42,147 nucleotides of DNA from Nitrospirae bacterium RBG_16_64_22 (GTDB taxonomy: Bacteria > Nitrospirota > RBG-16-64-22): assembly GCA_001803795.1 (NCBI GenBank), contig MHEK01000059.1:1-42147 (forward strand), in the 5' to 3' direction. Numbering within the stretch: position 1 is the stretch's first letter; each line of letters begins with the position of its first letter. The position numbers and the translations under genes are program-made. Under the pieces are notes generated by a model. That model was not told the DNA's origin. It saw only the letters and a list, made by a program, of their open reading frames with translations, and ran no database searches. Of the stretch, positions 15,525 through 23,679 are shown piece after piece.

Positions 15525-17929
15525 GGACTCCCGGCGCCACGGACCTCGGCCCCGAGTCTATCCCTGAGCCGCCGGACGATCTCCGTCTGGACCGTGCCCA
15601 CTTCCTCTTCAGTGAGCGTCCGGTCGGGCAGGCGATAGACGACGCGAAGGCCCAGGCTCTTCCGTCCGGAAGGGAGAGGCGCCCCCGCATACTGGTCGAA
15701 CAGGAAGAACTTCTCGATCTTCGGGTCCTCCACGCCGCTCATGACGGAGTGAACCTCGGCGTATGGCACTCCCGAATCTATCATCACGGCCAGGTCCCGC
15801 TCGACGGACGGCTGGTTGGATTGACGGGCGAACCTAATCCCCTCCCGCCGCCCGGCCGCCAGGACATCGAGATCCAGCTCGAACAAGAGGCAAACCGCGG
15901 AAAGCCCCCACGCCTTGACGAGGTCCGGATGGATTTCGCCGAACGATCCCGCGTCGCGCCCGGCGACCGTGAGCCGCCCCTGCCTTCCGGGATGCAGGAG
16001 GGGGTCCGACTCCCCTCGAACAACGTCCGCGTCCATCACGTCGAGCGCGGCGGCGATCCCCTCCACAACGCCCTTTGCGTCGAAGAAATCGGCCGCCGGA
16101 GGTCGGCCCCACCAGCCTTCGGGCTCGCGGCTCCCCGCGATGAGTCCGGCGAGCACGACCCGCTCGGCCACGCCGGAAGCCTCCCGCGCGAAGACGGTCG
16201 TGACCTCGAAGAGACGCCCCCGATCCGCGCCCCGGGATTCATTCCGCCGCCACGTGTCGAGCAGGGAAGTCCACGCCGTCCCCCTGAGGAAGGCGGCGTC
16301 CTCGGCAAGCGGATTCGCCAGCCGCGGCATCCGCCGGCGGATGTCGGCCTCTGGGAGGAATGATGAGATCCGAACATCGTCCGTGAAGGAAAGATGCACG
16401 GCCTCGTCGAACCCCATGCCGGCCAGAATGGCCCGCGCCTCCCTCGCCAAGACCCAGCGCGTCCCGGGGATTGGCGGTGTCGGTCTTCCAATGGGAATCG
16501 TCTCTGGTATCGCGTCGTAGCCGTGGAGCCGAGCGATCTCCTCCACAAGATCGACCTCTTCCGCGATGTCGACCCGGTGAGACGGAACAAGCGCCGAGAG
16601 CATCTCTCCGCCCATCGTCACCCCGAAGCCCAGACGACCCAGGATCCCGGCGGCCTCTGCCGCACCGATGTTCTTCCCAAGCCGCCTGCCGAGACGGTCG
16701 ATCCCGACAGTCACGGTTTTCTCCGGCGCCTTCCCGGCTCGAACGTCGATCCGCCCGCCTGCCGCAGAACCACCCGCAACTTCCAGAATCAGCCGGGCGG
16801 CCCGGTCCAGCGCGCGGACGACGTTTTCAGGATCGACGCCACGTTCGAACCGGTAGGACGACTCGGACGCGACCCCAAGCGCCTTCGACGTGCGCCGGAT
16901 GGCCGAAGGAAGGAAATATGCGCTTTCGAGCATGACATCGCCCGTCCCGGCGGAGACGCCGCTCCCTTCCCCGCCCATGACCCCCGCGACCGCCAGCGGC
17001 CCGCGCGTGTCGCGGATCGTGAGAATCTCGCGGTCGAGTATCCGTTCGCAGCCGTCGAGCGTCACGATCTTCTCCCCGGCCGAGGCCCGGTCCACGATCA
17101 GCCGGCTCTCCGCCACGTGCGCGAGATCGAAGGCGTGCAGAGGCTGGCCCATCTCCATGAGAACGTAGTTCGTGACGTCCACCACGTTGTTGATCGGCCG
17201 AAGTCCCGCGGCTTCAATTCGGCGTACGAGCCACATGGGGGATGGCCCGACCGTCACGCCCCGGATCACCCGCGCCGCGTACCGGGGACAAAGGACCGTA
17301 TCCGTCACGTCCACGCGGGCAAGCGCGCTGATCGGCTCGCCGGACTCCGCGACATCCGTCGGCGGAAGACGGAGGGGGAGGCCGAAGAGGGCGGAGACCT
17401 CGCGCGCCAGCCCCAGGACAGAGAGCGCGTCAGGCCGGTTGGGCGTCACGGCAACTTCGAGGATCACGTCGTCGATGCCGAGGGCTTCGACGATCGGGCG
17501 GCCCGTGGAAAGAGATTCGGGAAGGAGGCAGATCCCGTCCGATTCCTTGGCGAGGCCCAACTCGCGTTCGGAGCAGAGCATCCCCTCCGAGACCTCGCCG
17601 CGGATCTTCGATTTCTTGATCGTCACGCCGCCCGGCAGAGAAGCCCCCGGACGCGCCAAGGGCGCCTTCGCCCCCGCGCGGACGTTCGGCGCGCCGCAGA
17701 CGACGGCGTACCGCCGCTCTCCGTCGCTCACGTCGCAGAGCGAAAGCTTGTCGGCGTTCGGGTGCCGCCGGACGGTGAGGACCTCGGCCACCACGACGTC
17801 GCCGATCCCCTCGCCCATCCGATGAATCCCCTCCACCTCGAACCCGGCCATCGTGAGCCGATGGGCCAGCTCCTCGGGGGAGACGGTTATGTCCACGAAT
17901 TCACGAAGCCAGTTCAGAGAGAGACGCAT
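15503..17929 (-). CDS. pheT: phenylalanine--tRNA ligase beta subunit
   Basis: 808 aa, MRLSLNWLREFV... N-terminus with tRNA-binding, B3/4, B5 and FDX-ACB regions recognisable. It lies in the conserved thrS-infC-rpmI-rplT-pheST context. Confidence 0.95.
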   Translation of the reverse strand: MRLSLNWLREFVDITVSPEELAHRLTMAGFEVEGIHRMGEGIGDVVVAEVLTVRRHPNADKLSLCDVSDGERRYAVVCGAPNVRAGAKAPLARPGASLPGGVTIKKSKIRGEVSEGMLCSERELGLAKESDGICLLPESLSTGRPIVEALGIDDVILEVAVTPNRPDALSVLGLAREVSALFGLPLRLPPTDVAESGEPISALARVDVTDTVLCPRYAARVIRGVTVGPSPMWLVRRIEAAGLRPINNVVDVTNYVLMEMGQPLHAFDLAHVAESRLIVDRASAGEKIVTLDGCERILDREILTIRDTRGPLAVAGVMGGEGSGVSAGTGDVMLESAYFLPSAIRRTSKALGVASESSYRFERGVDPENVVRALDRAARLILEVAGGSAAGGRIDVRAGKAPEKTVTVGIDRLGRRLGKNIGAAEAAGILGRLGFGVTMGGEMLSALVPSHRVDIAEEVDLVEEIARLHGYDAIPETIPIGRPTPPIPGTRWVLAREARAILAGMGFDEAVHLSFTDDVRISSFLPEADIRRRMPRLANPLAEDAAFLRGTAWTSLLDTWRRNESRGADRGRLFEVTTVFAREASGVAERVVLAGLIAGSREPEGWWGRPPAADFFDAKGVVEGIAAALDVMDADVVRGESDPLLHPGRQGRLTVAGRDAGSFGEIHPDLVKAWGLSAVCLLFELDLDVLAAGRREGIRFARQSNQPSVERDLAVMIDSGVPYAEVHSVMSGVEDPKIEKFFLFDQYAGAPLPSGRKSLGLRVVYRLPDRTLTEEEVGTVQTEIVRRLRDRLGAEVRGAGSPGEAGNG

Positions 17930-17939
17930 CCGTCACCCG

Positions 17940-17962
17940 TTTGATTTCGAATATTTGATTTC
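17940..17962. repeat. direct repeat TTTGATTTC x2 (14-nt period) just upstream of the pheT start
   Basis: tttgatttc gaata tttgatttc, read directly from the sequence. Confidence 0.6.
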
Positions 17963-18037
17963 CACAAAGCCAAGGCCACCGGCAAACGATCCAACAACCA
18001 CGAAAACTTCTTCGCGGGGGTAAAAAACGCTGCCCGG

Positions 18038-18385
18038 CTATTCCGGCTGTGCGACCGTGACCGGCTCTGGCGCGGCCTGGCCCTTCTTGTAGAACGTAAT
18101 GCCGACCCGCTGGATGTGATCCATCACGTCCGGATCGTCGATGTCTCCAAGAATCGACAGGTCGATCGTATACGGAAGGAGCAGGTCGTCCAGTTCCTCG
18201 ATGATTCCGTACACCACCTTTAGCGTCAGATCCGCGCCGCCGCGCAGAGCGAGGTCGATATCGGACCCGTTCTTGTAGATGCCTTTGGCGCGCGAACCAT
18301 ACAGAATTGCCTCATCCACCTGAGGACAGCGGCTCAGAACCGCCGAAATCTTCTGGATGGCCGTGTCCGGCAGACCGTATTTCAT
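18038..18385 (-). CDS. minimal nucleotidyltransferase (MNT, HI0073-like)
   Basis: 115 aa from an internal ATG (MKYGLPDT...). LYGSRAKGIYKNGSDIDLAL carries the GSxxxG...DxD NTase motif. ATGA overlap with the upstream HEPN-type gene. Confidence 0.8.
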   Translation of the reverse strand: MKYGLPDTAIQKISAVLSRCPQVDEAILYGSRAKGIYKNGSDIDLALRGGADLTLKVVYGIIEELDDLLLPYTIDLSILGDIDDPDVMDHIQRVGITFYKKGQAAPEPVTVAQPE

Positions 18386-18807
18386 TCCTGTTCTTCCTTC
18401 TTCAGGTCCTCCAGCTTGATTCGGAGCGCCTCGAATTCGGTTAGATATGCGCTCCGAATGGCGGAAATGATTTGCCCGGCCGTGGCCTCGTCGTACGTGT
18501 GGGAGGTCAGATTCCTGCTCTTGACCATGTCCATCCATGTCTCGCCGTCTTGGATGAGGCCGGATCTGAAAGCGGTGCGGGTCGCGTCTTTGGAGCCATA
18601 CAAGTTCTGAACGCCGCGGCTTTCAAGAAAATCCCTCAGCGTGTTCCATGCCAGCTCATGCGTGAATTCGAAGGCCTGGATCATTCCCTGCCCCTCCAGT
18701 TTCGAGAGCGGCCGTTGCCGGGCCAGTTCCACGGCCTCCTGCAACTGGGAAAGGGCTTTGATGAAGTGATTGAAACGCTGAACCCAGCGGATGTCCTGCC
18801 TGCTCAT
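18382..18807 (-). CDS. HEPN-type nucleotidyltransferase substrate-binding protein (HI0074 family)
   Basis: 141 aa from MSRQDIRWVQRFNHFIKAL.... Rx4H motif in SRNLTSHTYD. It is paired with the MNT gene. Confidence 0.8.
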   Translation of the reverse strand: MSRQDIRWVQRFNHFIKALSQLQEAVELARQRPLSKLEGQGMIQAFEFTHELAWNTLRDFLESRGVQNLYGSKDATRTAFRSGLIQDGETWMDMVKSRNLTSHTYDEATAGQIISAIRSAYLTEFEALRIKLEDLKKEEQE

Positions 18808-18876
18808 GCGCGATCCCTCCCGGAACACCCTGCCAAGACCTTCCCTTGCCGGCCTGCGTCGCCGCGCGGTCCGGGA

Positions 18877-19905
18877 TCAGAACTGATGCAGAAACCTGAG
18901 GTCGTTCTCCGCGAACAGCCGGATGTCGTCGATCCCGTAGCGGAGCATGGCGATCCTTTCGACGCCCATGCCGAAGGCGAACCCGCTCGTTTCCTCCGGG
19001 TCGTAGCCCACGGCACGGAAGACGTTCGGATGAATGAGCCCGGCGCCCAGGATCTCGAGCCACCCGCTCCCGCCGCAGACACGGCACCCCTTCCCGCCGC
19101 AGAGGACGCACCCGATGTCCATCTCCGCGCCCGGCTCCACGAATGGGAAGAACGACGGGCGGAACCGGACGCGCACGTCCGGCGAGAAGACGGTCCGCGC
19201 GAAGAGGGAAAGAACGCCCTTCAGGTCGGCGAAAGAAACCTCGCGGTCGACGAGAAACCCTTCCACCTGGTGGAACATCGGCGCGTGGGTCACGTCGGCG
19301 TCGCGCCGGTAAACTTTCCCCGGCGCCACGATCCGGATCGGCGGCTTGAGACGCTCCATCACGCGAACCTGGACGGGCGATGTGTGAGTGCGAAGAAGCA
19401 GGCCTCCCGGAAGGAAGAAGGTGTCCTGCATGTCGCGGGCCGGATGATCGAGAGGGAAATTGAGCGCTTCGAAATTGTAGCGGTCGGTCTCGACCTCGGG
19501 CCCCTCGGCCACGGCGAATCCGAGCGCCGAGAACACGCCGACGATCTCGTCCATCACTTGCGTGATGGGATGGAGGCGGCCGCGAAGCGGCTGGCGCCCG
19601 GGAAGCGAGACGTCGACAGTCTCGGACGAGAGTCTCGCGTCGCGCGCCTGGGCCTCGAGAACTTCCTCGCGGGACCGGATCGCCTCCTCGATCTCGCGCT
19701 TAGCCGTATTGACGGCGCTTCCGGCCAGGGACTTCTCGCTCCCCGTCAGCTCGGCCAGGCGGCGGAACATCTCCGCGAGCCGCCCTTTCTTCCCGAGGTA
19801 GAGCACCCGGAGAGACTCGATCGCCGCAAGGCTGTCGGCCTTTCCGACGGCGTCCGACGCTTCCGCGGCGAGTGCGCGGCTTTGATCGACGAGGGATTCA
19901 CTCAT
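18877..19905 (-). CDS. pheS: phenylalanine--tRNA ligase alpha subunit
   Basis: 342 aa. Class II motifs (HPARDMQDTFF, FRPSFFPFVEPGAE, GAGLIHPNV). Confidence 0.95.
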   Translation of the reverse strand: MSESLVDQSRALAAEASDAVGKADSLAAIESLRVLYLGKKGRLAEMFRRLAELTGSEKSLAGSAVNTAKREIEEAIRSREEVLEAQARDARLSSETVDVSLPGRQPLRGRLHPITQVMDEIVGVFSALGFAVAEGPEVETDRYNFEALNFPLDHPARDMQDTFFLPGGLLLRTHTSPVQVRVMERLKPPIRIVAPGKVYRRDADVTHAPMFHQVEGFLVDREVSFADLKGVLSLFARTVFSPDVRVRFRPSFFPFVEPGAEMDIGCVLCGGKGCRVCGGSGWLEILGAGLIHPNVFRAVGYDPEETSGFAFGMGVERIAMLRYGIDDIRLFAENDLRFLHQF

Positions 19906-20033
19906 GGTGGCGGGGTGGCTAGGTGGTTCGGTAGTTAGGTGGTTTGGAACTTCCCATCAAATCATCACCTATCAACCCATCGACCCAACCACCCATCAAC
20001 CCGGCCGCCTGACAACCCGTCGATCCGTCGATC
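19906..20033. repeat. two-armed octad array: (GGTGGNNN)n arm then (CATCRACC)n arm
   Basis: ggtggcgg ggtggcta ggtggttc ggtagtta ggtggttt ... ccatcaaa tcatcacc tatcaacc catcgacc caaccacc catcaacc cggccgcc tgacaacc cgtcgatc cgtcgatc. It fills the whole rplT-pheS spacer. Confidence 0.9.
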
Positions 20034-20388
20034 AGGCGGCCTGGGGCCGGACGGACTCGACCAACTGGCGGAACCCGGCCGGATCCGACACGGCCATCTC
20101 GGCCAGGACTTTCCGATCGAGGTCTACGTCCGCCTTCTGGAGGGCGGCGATCAAGCGGCTGTACGAGATCCCGTTCTCCCGGGCCGCGGCGTTGACTCTC
20201 GCGATCCACAGACGGCGAAAATCCCGCTTCTTCGCGCGCCGGTCGCGGAACGCGTACTTGAGAGCCCGGTCGACGGCTTCCGTCGCCGTCCGGAAAAGCT
20301 TGCTCTTGGCCCCCGTGTACCCCTTGGCCATCTCGAGGCGCTTCTTATGGCGCCGGCGGGTGACGATCCCGCCCTTCACGCGTGGCAT
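20032..20388 (-). CDS. rplT: 50S ribosomal protein L20
   Basis: [24 protein letters not shown].... GAGGAGGAG is upstream. Confidence 0.95.
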   Translation of the reverse strand: MPRVKGGIVTRRRHKKRLEMAKGYTGAKSKLFRTATEAVDRALKYAFRDRRAKKRDFRRLWIARVNAAARENGISYSRLIAALQKADVDLDRKVLAEMAVSDPAGFRQLVESVRPQAA

Positions 20389-20441
20389 TTTCTCCTCCTC
20401 CCAATTCTGGTGCCTGAGCGTTCGGTCTACGGGGTTTCCCC

Positions 20442-20489
20442 ATTCACCGATTCACCCATTCACCGATTCACCGATTAACCCATTTTCCC
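20442..20489. repeat. octad tandem array (ATTCACCS)n, 6 units
   Basis: attcaccg attcaccc attcaccg attcaccg attaaccc attttccc. It ends in the rpmI stop codon. The 20-nt block attcaccgattcacccattc is identical to 15493-15512. Confidence 0.9.
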
Positions 20490-20689
20490 TACTTGTACGG
20501 CAGAAGCCTCCGGAGCGAGGCGACTTCCTTCGTCGCCTCGACGACCTCGGACTTGGTGAGCTTTCGCATTCTCTTCGACTGCTTGCCCGTCAGCAGATGG
20601 CTGGCGAACGTCTTCTTGAACATGAACTTCCCGCTCGCCGTCTTCTTGAGCCGTTTGGCGGCCCCTCTGTGAGTCTTGAGCTTTGGCAT
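20489..20689 (-). CDS. rpmI: 50S ribosomal protein L35
   Basis: 66 aa from an internal ATG (MPKLKTHRGAAKRLKKTASGKF...), preceded by GGGAGGAAGGG. Confidence 0.9.
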   Translation of the reverse strand: MPKLKTHRGAAKRLKKTASGKFMFKKTFASHLLTGKQSKRMRKLTKSEVVEATKEVASLRRLLPYK

Positions 20690-20741
20690 GAGTATCCCTT
20701 CCTCCCGCAAATGGCTTGGCGGTCTGGGTCGGCTCTTCTCG

Positions 20742-20773
20742 ATCAACCCATCAACCCGTCCGCCTGTCCAACC
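20742..20773. repeat. octad tandem array (ATCAACCC type), 4 units
   Basis: atcaaccc atcaaccc gtccgcct gtccaacc, 1 nt from the infC stop. Confidence 0.8.
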
Positions 20774-20774
20774 T

Positions 20775-21293
20775 TTACTTCGCCTGCTTCGCCGACACCA
20801 GAGCGGTCATCGCGTTTCCCTCGAACTTCGCCGCCTGTTCGATCGTCGCGAAGCTTGCAATATCGCTCAGAAACCGGTCGATGACGACCCTTCCCAGCTC
20901 CGTGTGCGCTTTCTCTCTCCCGCGGAACATCACCGTGACCTTGGCCTTGTTCCCATCCGCCAGAAACCGCTGGACGTTCCGCTTCTTGATCTCCAGGTCA
21001 TGCTTGTCCGTGTTGATCCTCAGCTTGACCTCTTTGACCAAGATCGTCTTCTGGTGCTGGCGCGAGGAGTGCGCCTTTTTGCTCAATTCGTACTTGTATT
21101 TCCCGAAGTCGAGGATCTTGCAGACCGGCGGGACCGCGGTCGCCGCGATCTCTACCAGGTCGAGGCCGTAGGTCTCGGCCTGGCCGAGCGCCTCCCGGGT
21201 CGACACGACCCCCAGTTGCTCTCCTTCGGGACTGATCAGGCGGACTTCCCGAGCCTGGATTTCCCTATTCACGCGAATGGACAATCTTGCGAT
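20775..21293 (-). CDS. infC: translation initiation factor IF-3, probable non-canonical ATC (AUC) start
   Basis: IF-3 sequence (RVNREIQAREVRLISPEGEQLGVV...). The track start is TTG 21284, but AAGGAGGTG (21309-21301) is 7 nt from the in-frame ATC 21293 and about 16 nt from the TTG. Confidence 0.85.
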   Translation of the reverse strand: MARLSIRVNREIQAREVRLISPEGEQLGVVSTREALGQAETYGLDLVEIAATAVPPVCKILDFGKYKYELSKKAHSSRQHQKTILVKEVKLRINTDKHDLEIKKRNVQRFLADGNKAKVTVMFRGREKAHTELGRVVIDRFLSDIASFATIEQAAKFEGNAMTALVSAKQAK

Positions 21294-21320
21294 GGAGCAC
21301 CACCTCCTTAATCAAATGAA

Positions 21321-21348
21321 GATTTCGGATTGTTGATTGAGGATTGCG
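21321..21348. repeat. heptad tandem array (GATTGNN)n, 4 units
   Basis: gatttcg gattgtt gattgag gattgcg, in the thrS-infC spacer. Confidence 0.8.
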
Positions 21349-21379
21349 CAAAGCTTACCAGTCCGCAATCCACGATTCG

Positions 21380-23299
21380 TCATCCCCTTGCCGCAAGCTG
21401 GGTTTCGTTCGCCCTCAGCCGAACCTCCTCCTCCAGCCTCGACATGAAGGCATCGAGCGGCATCACGCCGAGGTCAATGCCGCCCCGGGCTCGCACCGAG
21501 ACGGCCCCGTCCCCGGCCTCGCGCTTTCCGACGACGAGGAGGTACGGAATCTTTTGCATGGCCCCGTCCCGGACCTTCGCCCCGATCTTCTCGGAGCGGA
21601 AGTCGGATTCCGCGCGGAATCCCCGGTCGGCAAGCGCCTTCTCGACCGACTCGGCGTAGGCGGCTTGGACGTCCGTCACCGGAAGTACACGGACCTGGAC
21701 CGGGGCAAGCCATGCGGGGAACGCTCCTCCGTAATGCTCGACGAGGACGCCGAAGAACCTCTCCAGCGACCCCAGCAGGGCCCGGTGGACCATGTACGGG
21801 TGCTCCCGCTCCCCGCGGTCGTTCGTAAAGAACAGGTCGAAGCGGCGCGGAAGGTTGAAATCGAACTGAATCGTCCCGCACTGCCACGCCCGCCCCAAGC
21901 TGTCCTTGATCTTGATGTCGATCTTCGGCCCGTAGAAGGCCCCTCCCCCCTCGTCCACGCCGTAGGAGAGACCGGCCGAGTCCAGGGCCGCGCGGAGAGC
22001 CCCCTCGGCCGTACGCCACTCGTGCGGCTCGCCGACCGCCTCGGACGGCCGCGTGGAGAGGAATATCTCGTACTCCCGGAACCCGAACACGGCCAGCATG
22101 TCGAGAGTGAACGCCAGGACCCTCCGGATCTCCCCCTCGACCTGGTCCGGCCGGCAGAAGATGTGGGCGTCGTCCTGCGTGAACCCCCGGACGCGCATCA
22201 GGCCGTGAAGCACGCCCGAGCGCTCGTACCGATACACCGTGCCGAGCTCCGCCCACCGGATCGGAAGGTCCCGGTACGACCGGAGCCGGCTCTTGTAGAT
22301 CATGATGTGGAACGGGCAGTTCATCGGCTTGATCTCGTAAGCCGTCCCTTCCACCTCCATCGGAGAGAACATGTTCTCCCGGTAGAAATCGAGGTGCCCG
22401 GAGGTCTTCCACAGGTCGAGCCGGGCCATGTGCGGCGTGTAGACCAGCTCGTACCCGCCCCTTCTGTGCTCCTCTCGCCAGTGGTCCTCGATGATCTGCC
22501 GGACGCGCGCCCCCTTGGGATGCCAGAGGACGAGGCCCGCCCCCGTCTCCTCGGGAATGGAAAAGAGGTCCAAGTCCCGCCCGAGCCGCCGGTGGTCGCG
22601 CTTCTTGATCTCCTCGAGCCTGGCAAGATAGGCATCGACCTCCTCGCGGGTGGGAAACGACGTCCCGTAGATCCGCTGGATCATCTTGTTCCGCTCGTCC
22701 CCCCGCCAGTACGCGCCCGCGAGCGAAAGGAGCTTGACCGCGCCGATCCGCCCGGTCGAAGGAACGTGCGGGCCTCTGCAAAGGTCGACGAACTCGCCCT
22801 GCCGATAGACCGAGATTGCCTGCCCCGCCGGAAGCTCTTGAACGATCTCGACCTTATACGTCTCGCCCTGGTCCGCGAACAGGCGGACGGCTTCATCCCG
22901 GGAGAGCTCCTCCCTCCGGACCGGCAGGTCCTCCCCGATGATCCGCGCCATCTCGGCCTCGATCCGGGGCAGGTCCTCCTCGGCCAGGGGGGGGTCGATG
23001 TCGAAATCGTAGTAGTACCCGTCCTCGATGGCGGGGCCGATGGTGACTTTCGCGCGCGGGAAGAGACGCTTCACGGCCTGGGCCATCAAGTGAGACGCGG
23101 AATGCCGGTAGACCTCCCGGCCCTCCGGCGACACAAACGTCACGGCCTCGACCACGGCGCCCTCGGGAACGGGAGCGGAAAGGTCCACGACTCTCCCGTC
23201 CACGCGCGCGGCCAGGACGTCCCGGCCGGCGCTCAGGACCTCGGCCGCCGTCGTGCCCGCCGGAACGGTCCGCGAACTTCCCTCTACAATAACCGTCAC
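21380..23299 (-). CDS. thrS: threonine--tRNA ligase
   Basis: TGS, editing, class II core and anticodon-binding regions are recognisable. GTG 23299 (VTVIVEGSS...) has GAGGGA 5 nt upstream and matches the usual N-terminus. The longest ORF starts at ATG 23317, which has no SD. Confidence 0.9.
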   Translation of the reverse strand: MTVIVEGSSRTVPAGTTAAEVLSAGRDVLAARVDGRVVDLSAPVPEGAVVEAVTFVSPEGREVYRHSASHLMAQAVKRLFPRAKVTIGPAIEDGYYYDFDIDPPLAEEDLPRIEAEMARIIGEDLPVRREELSRDEAVRLFADQGETYKVEIVQELPAGQAISVYRQGEFVDLCRGPHVPSTGRIGAVKLLSLAGAYWRGDERNKMIQRIYGTSFPTREEVDAYLARLEEIKKRDHRRLGRDLDLFSIPEETGAGLVLWHPKGARVRQIIEDHWREEHRRGGYELVYTPHMARLDLWKTSGHLDFYRENMFSPMEVEGTAYEIKPMNCPFHIMIYKSRLRSYRDLPIRWAELGTVYRYERSGVLHGLMRVRGFTQDDAHIFCRPDQVEGEIRRVLAFTLDMLAVFGFREYEIFLSTRPSEAVGEPHEWRTAEGALRAALDSAGLSYGVDEGGGAFYGPKIDIKIKDSLGRAWQCGTIQFDFNLPRRFDLFFTNDRGEREHPYMVHRALLGSLERFFGVLVEHYGGAFPAWLAPVQVRVLPVTDVQAAYAESVEKALADRGFRAESDFRSEKIGAKVRDGAMQKIPYLLVVGKREAGDGAVSVRARGGIDLGVMPLDAFMSRLEEEVRLRANETQLAARG

Positions 23300-23463
23300 G
23301 CCGATCCCTCGTCCCATCCGATTGACTCGCGGCTCACGGTTGACCAGCGCCGCGGACTGGAAGAAAAAGACGACCCCCCCAGCCGTCGTTCCCGGACGGC
23401 GGAGACGATGTCCCTTTGACCGGCCTCCAGAGGCAATTCAAAGCGGCGGGAAATGGCAACGAA

Positions 23464-23538
23464 TGGTAGGCACGCGGGGTTTCGAACCCCGGACCTCTAC
23501 CGTGTCAAGGTAGCGCTCTCCCCCTGAGCTACGCGCCT
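23464..23538 (-). tRNA. tRNA-Val (anticodon GAC)
   Basis: Folded by hand on the minus strand: AGGCGCG TA GCTC AGGGGGA GAGC G CTACC TTGACAC GGTAG AGGTC CGGGG TTCGAAA CCCCG CGTGCCT A CCA. 7-bp acceptor stem (one G-U), encoded CCA, 75 nt. Confidence 0.9.
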
Positions 23539-23633
23539 GTGAAGTATTCCTAAGGTTCAGCAAAGCAAGGGAAATCTTATGGGAGGGCGCCCATCCTGTC
23601 AAGGGAAAATGCGTCCGCGAGGTTCCGGCGTCC

Positions 23634-23662
23634 TTGACTCCCCCGCCCCCATCTGTTAGTTT
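23634..23662 (+). promoter_or_regulatory. candidate sigma70 promoter upstream of the aminotransferase-deoC pair
   Basis: TTGACT 23634-23639, 17-nt spacer, TAGTTT 23657-23662. Confidence 0.35.
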
Positions 23663-23679
23663 CGCGGCTCTTCAGCCCA

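Noticed and set aside
19906-20031. pheST leader-peptide attenuator or T-box upstream of pheS
   Set aside because: There is no short ORF with a run of Phe codons, no T-box specifier or T-box consensus, and no U-tract terminator. The spacer consists solely of octad repeats.
23318-23463. Terminator after tRNA-Val or a ThrRS operator/T-box leader upstream of thrS
   Set aside because: A 6-bp hairpin (GCCGTC cgggaac GACGGC on the minus strand) exists, but the U-tract lies ~15 nt away. I could not establish an anticodon-arm mimic or T-box features by eye.
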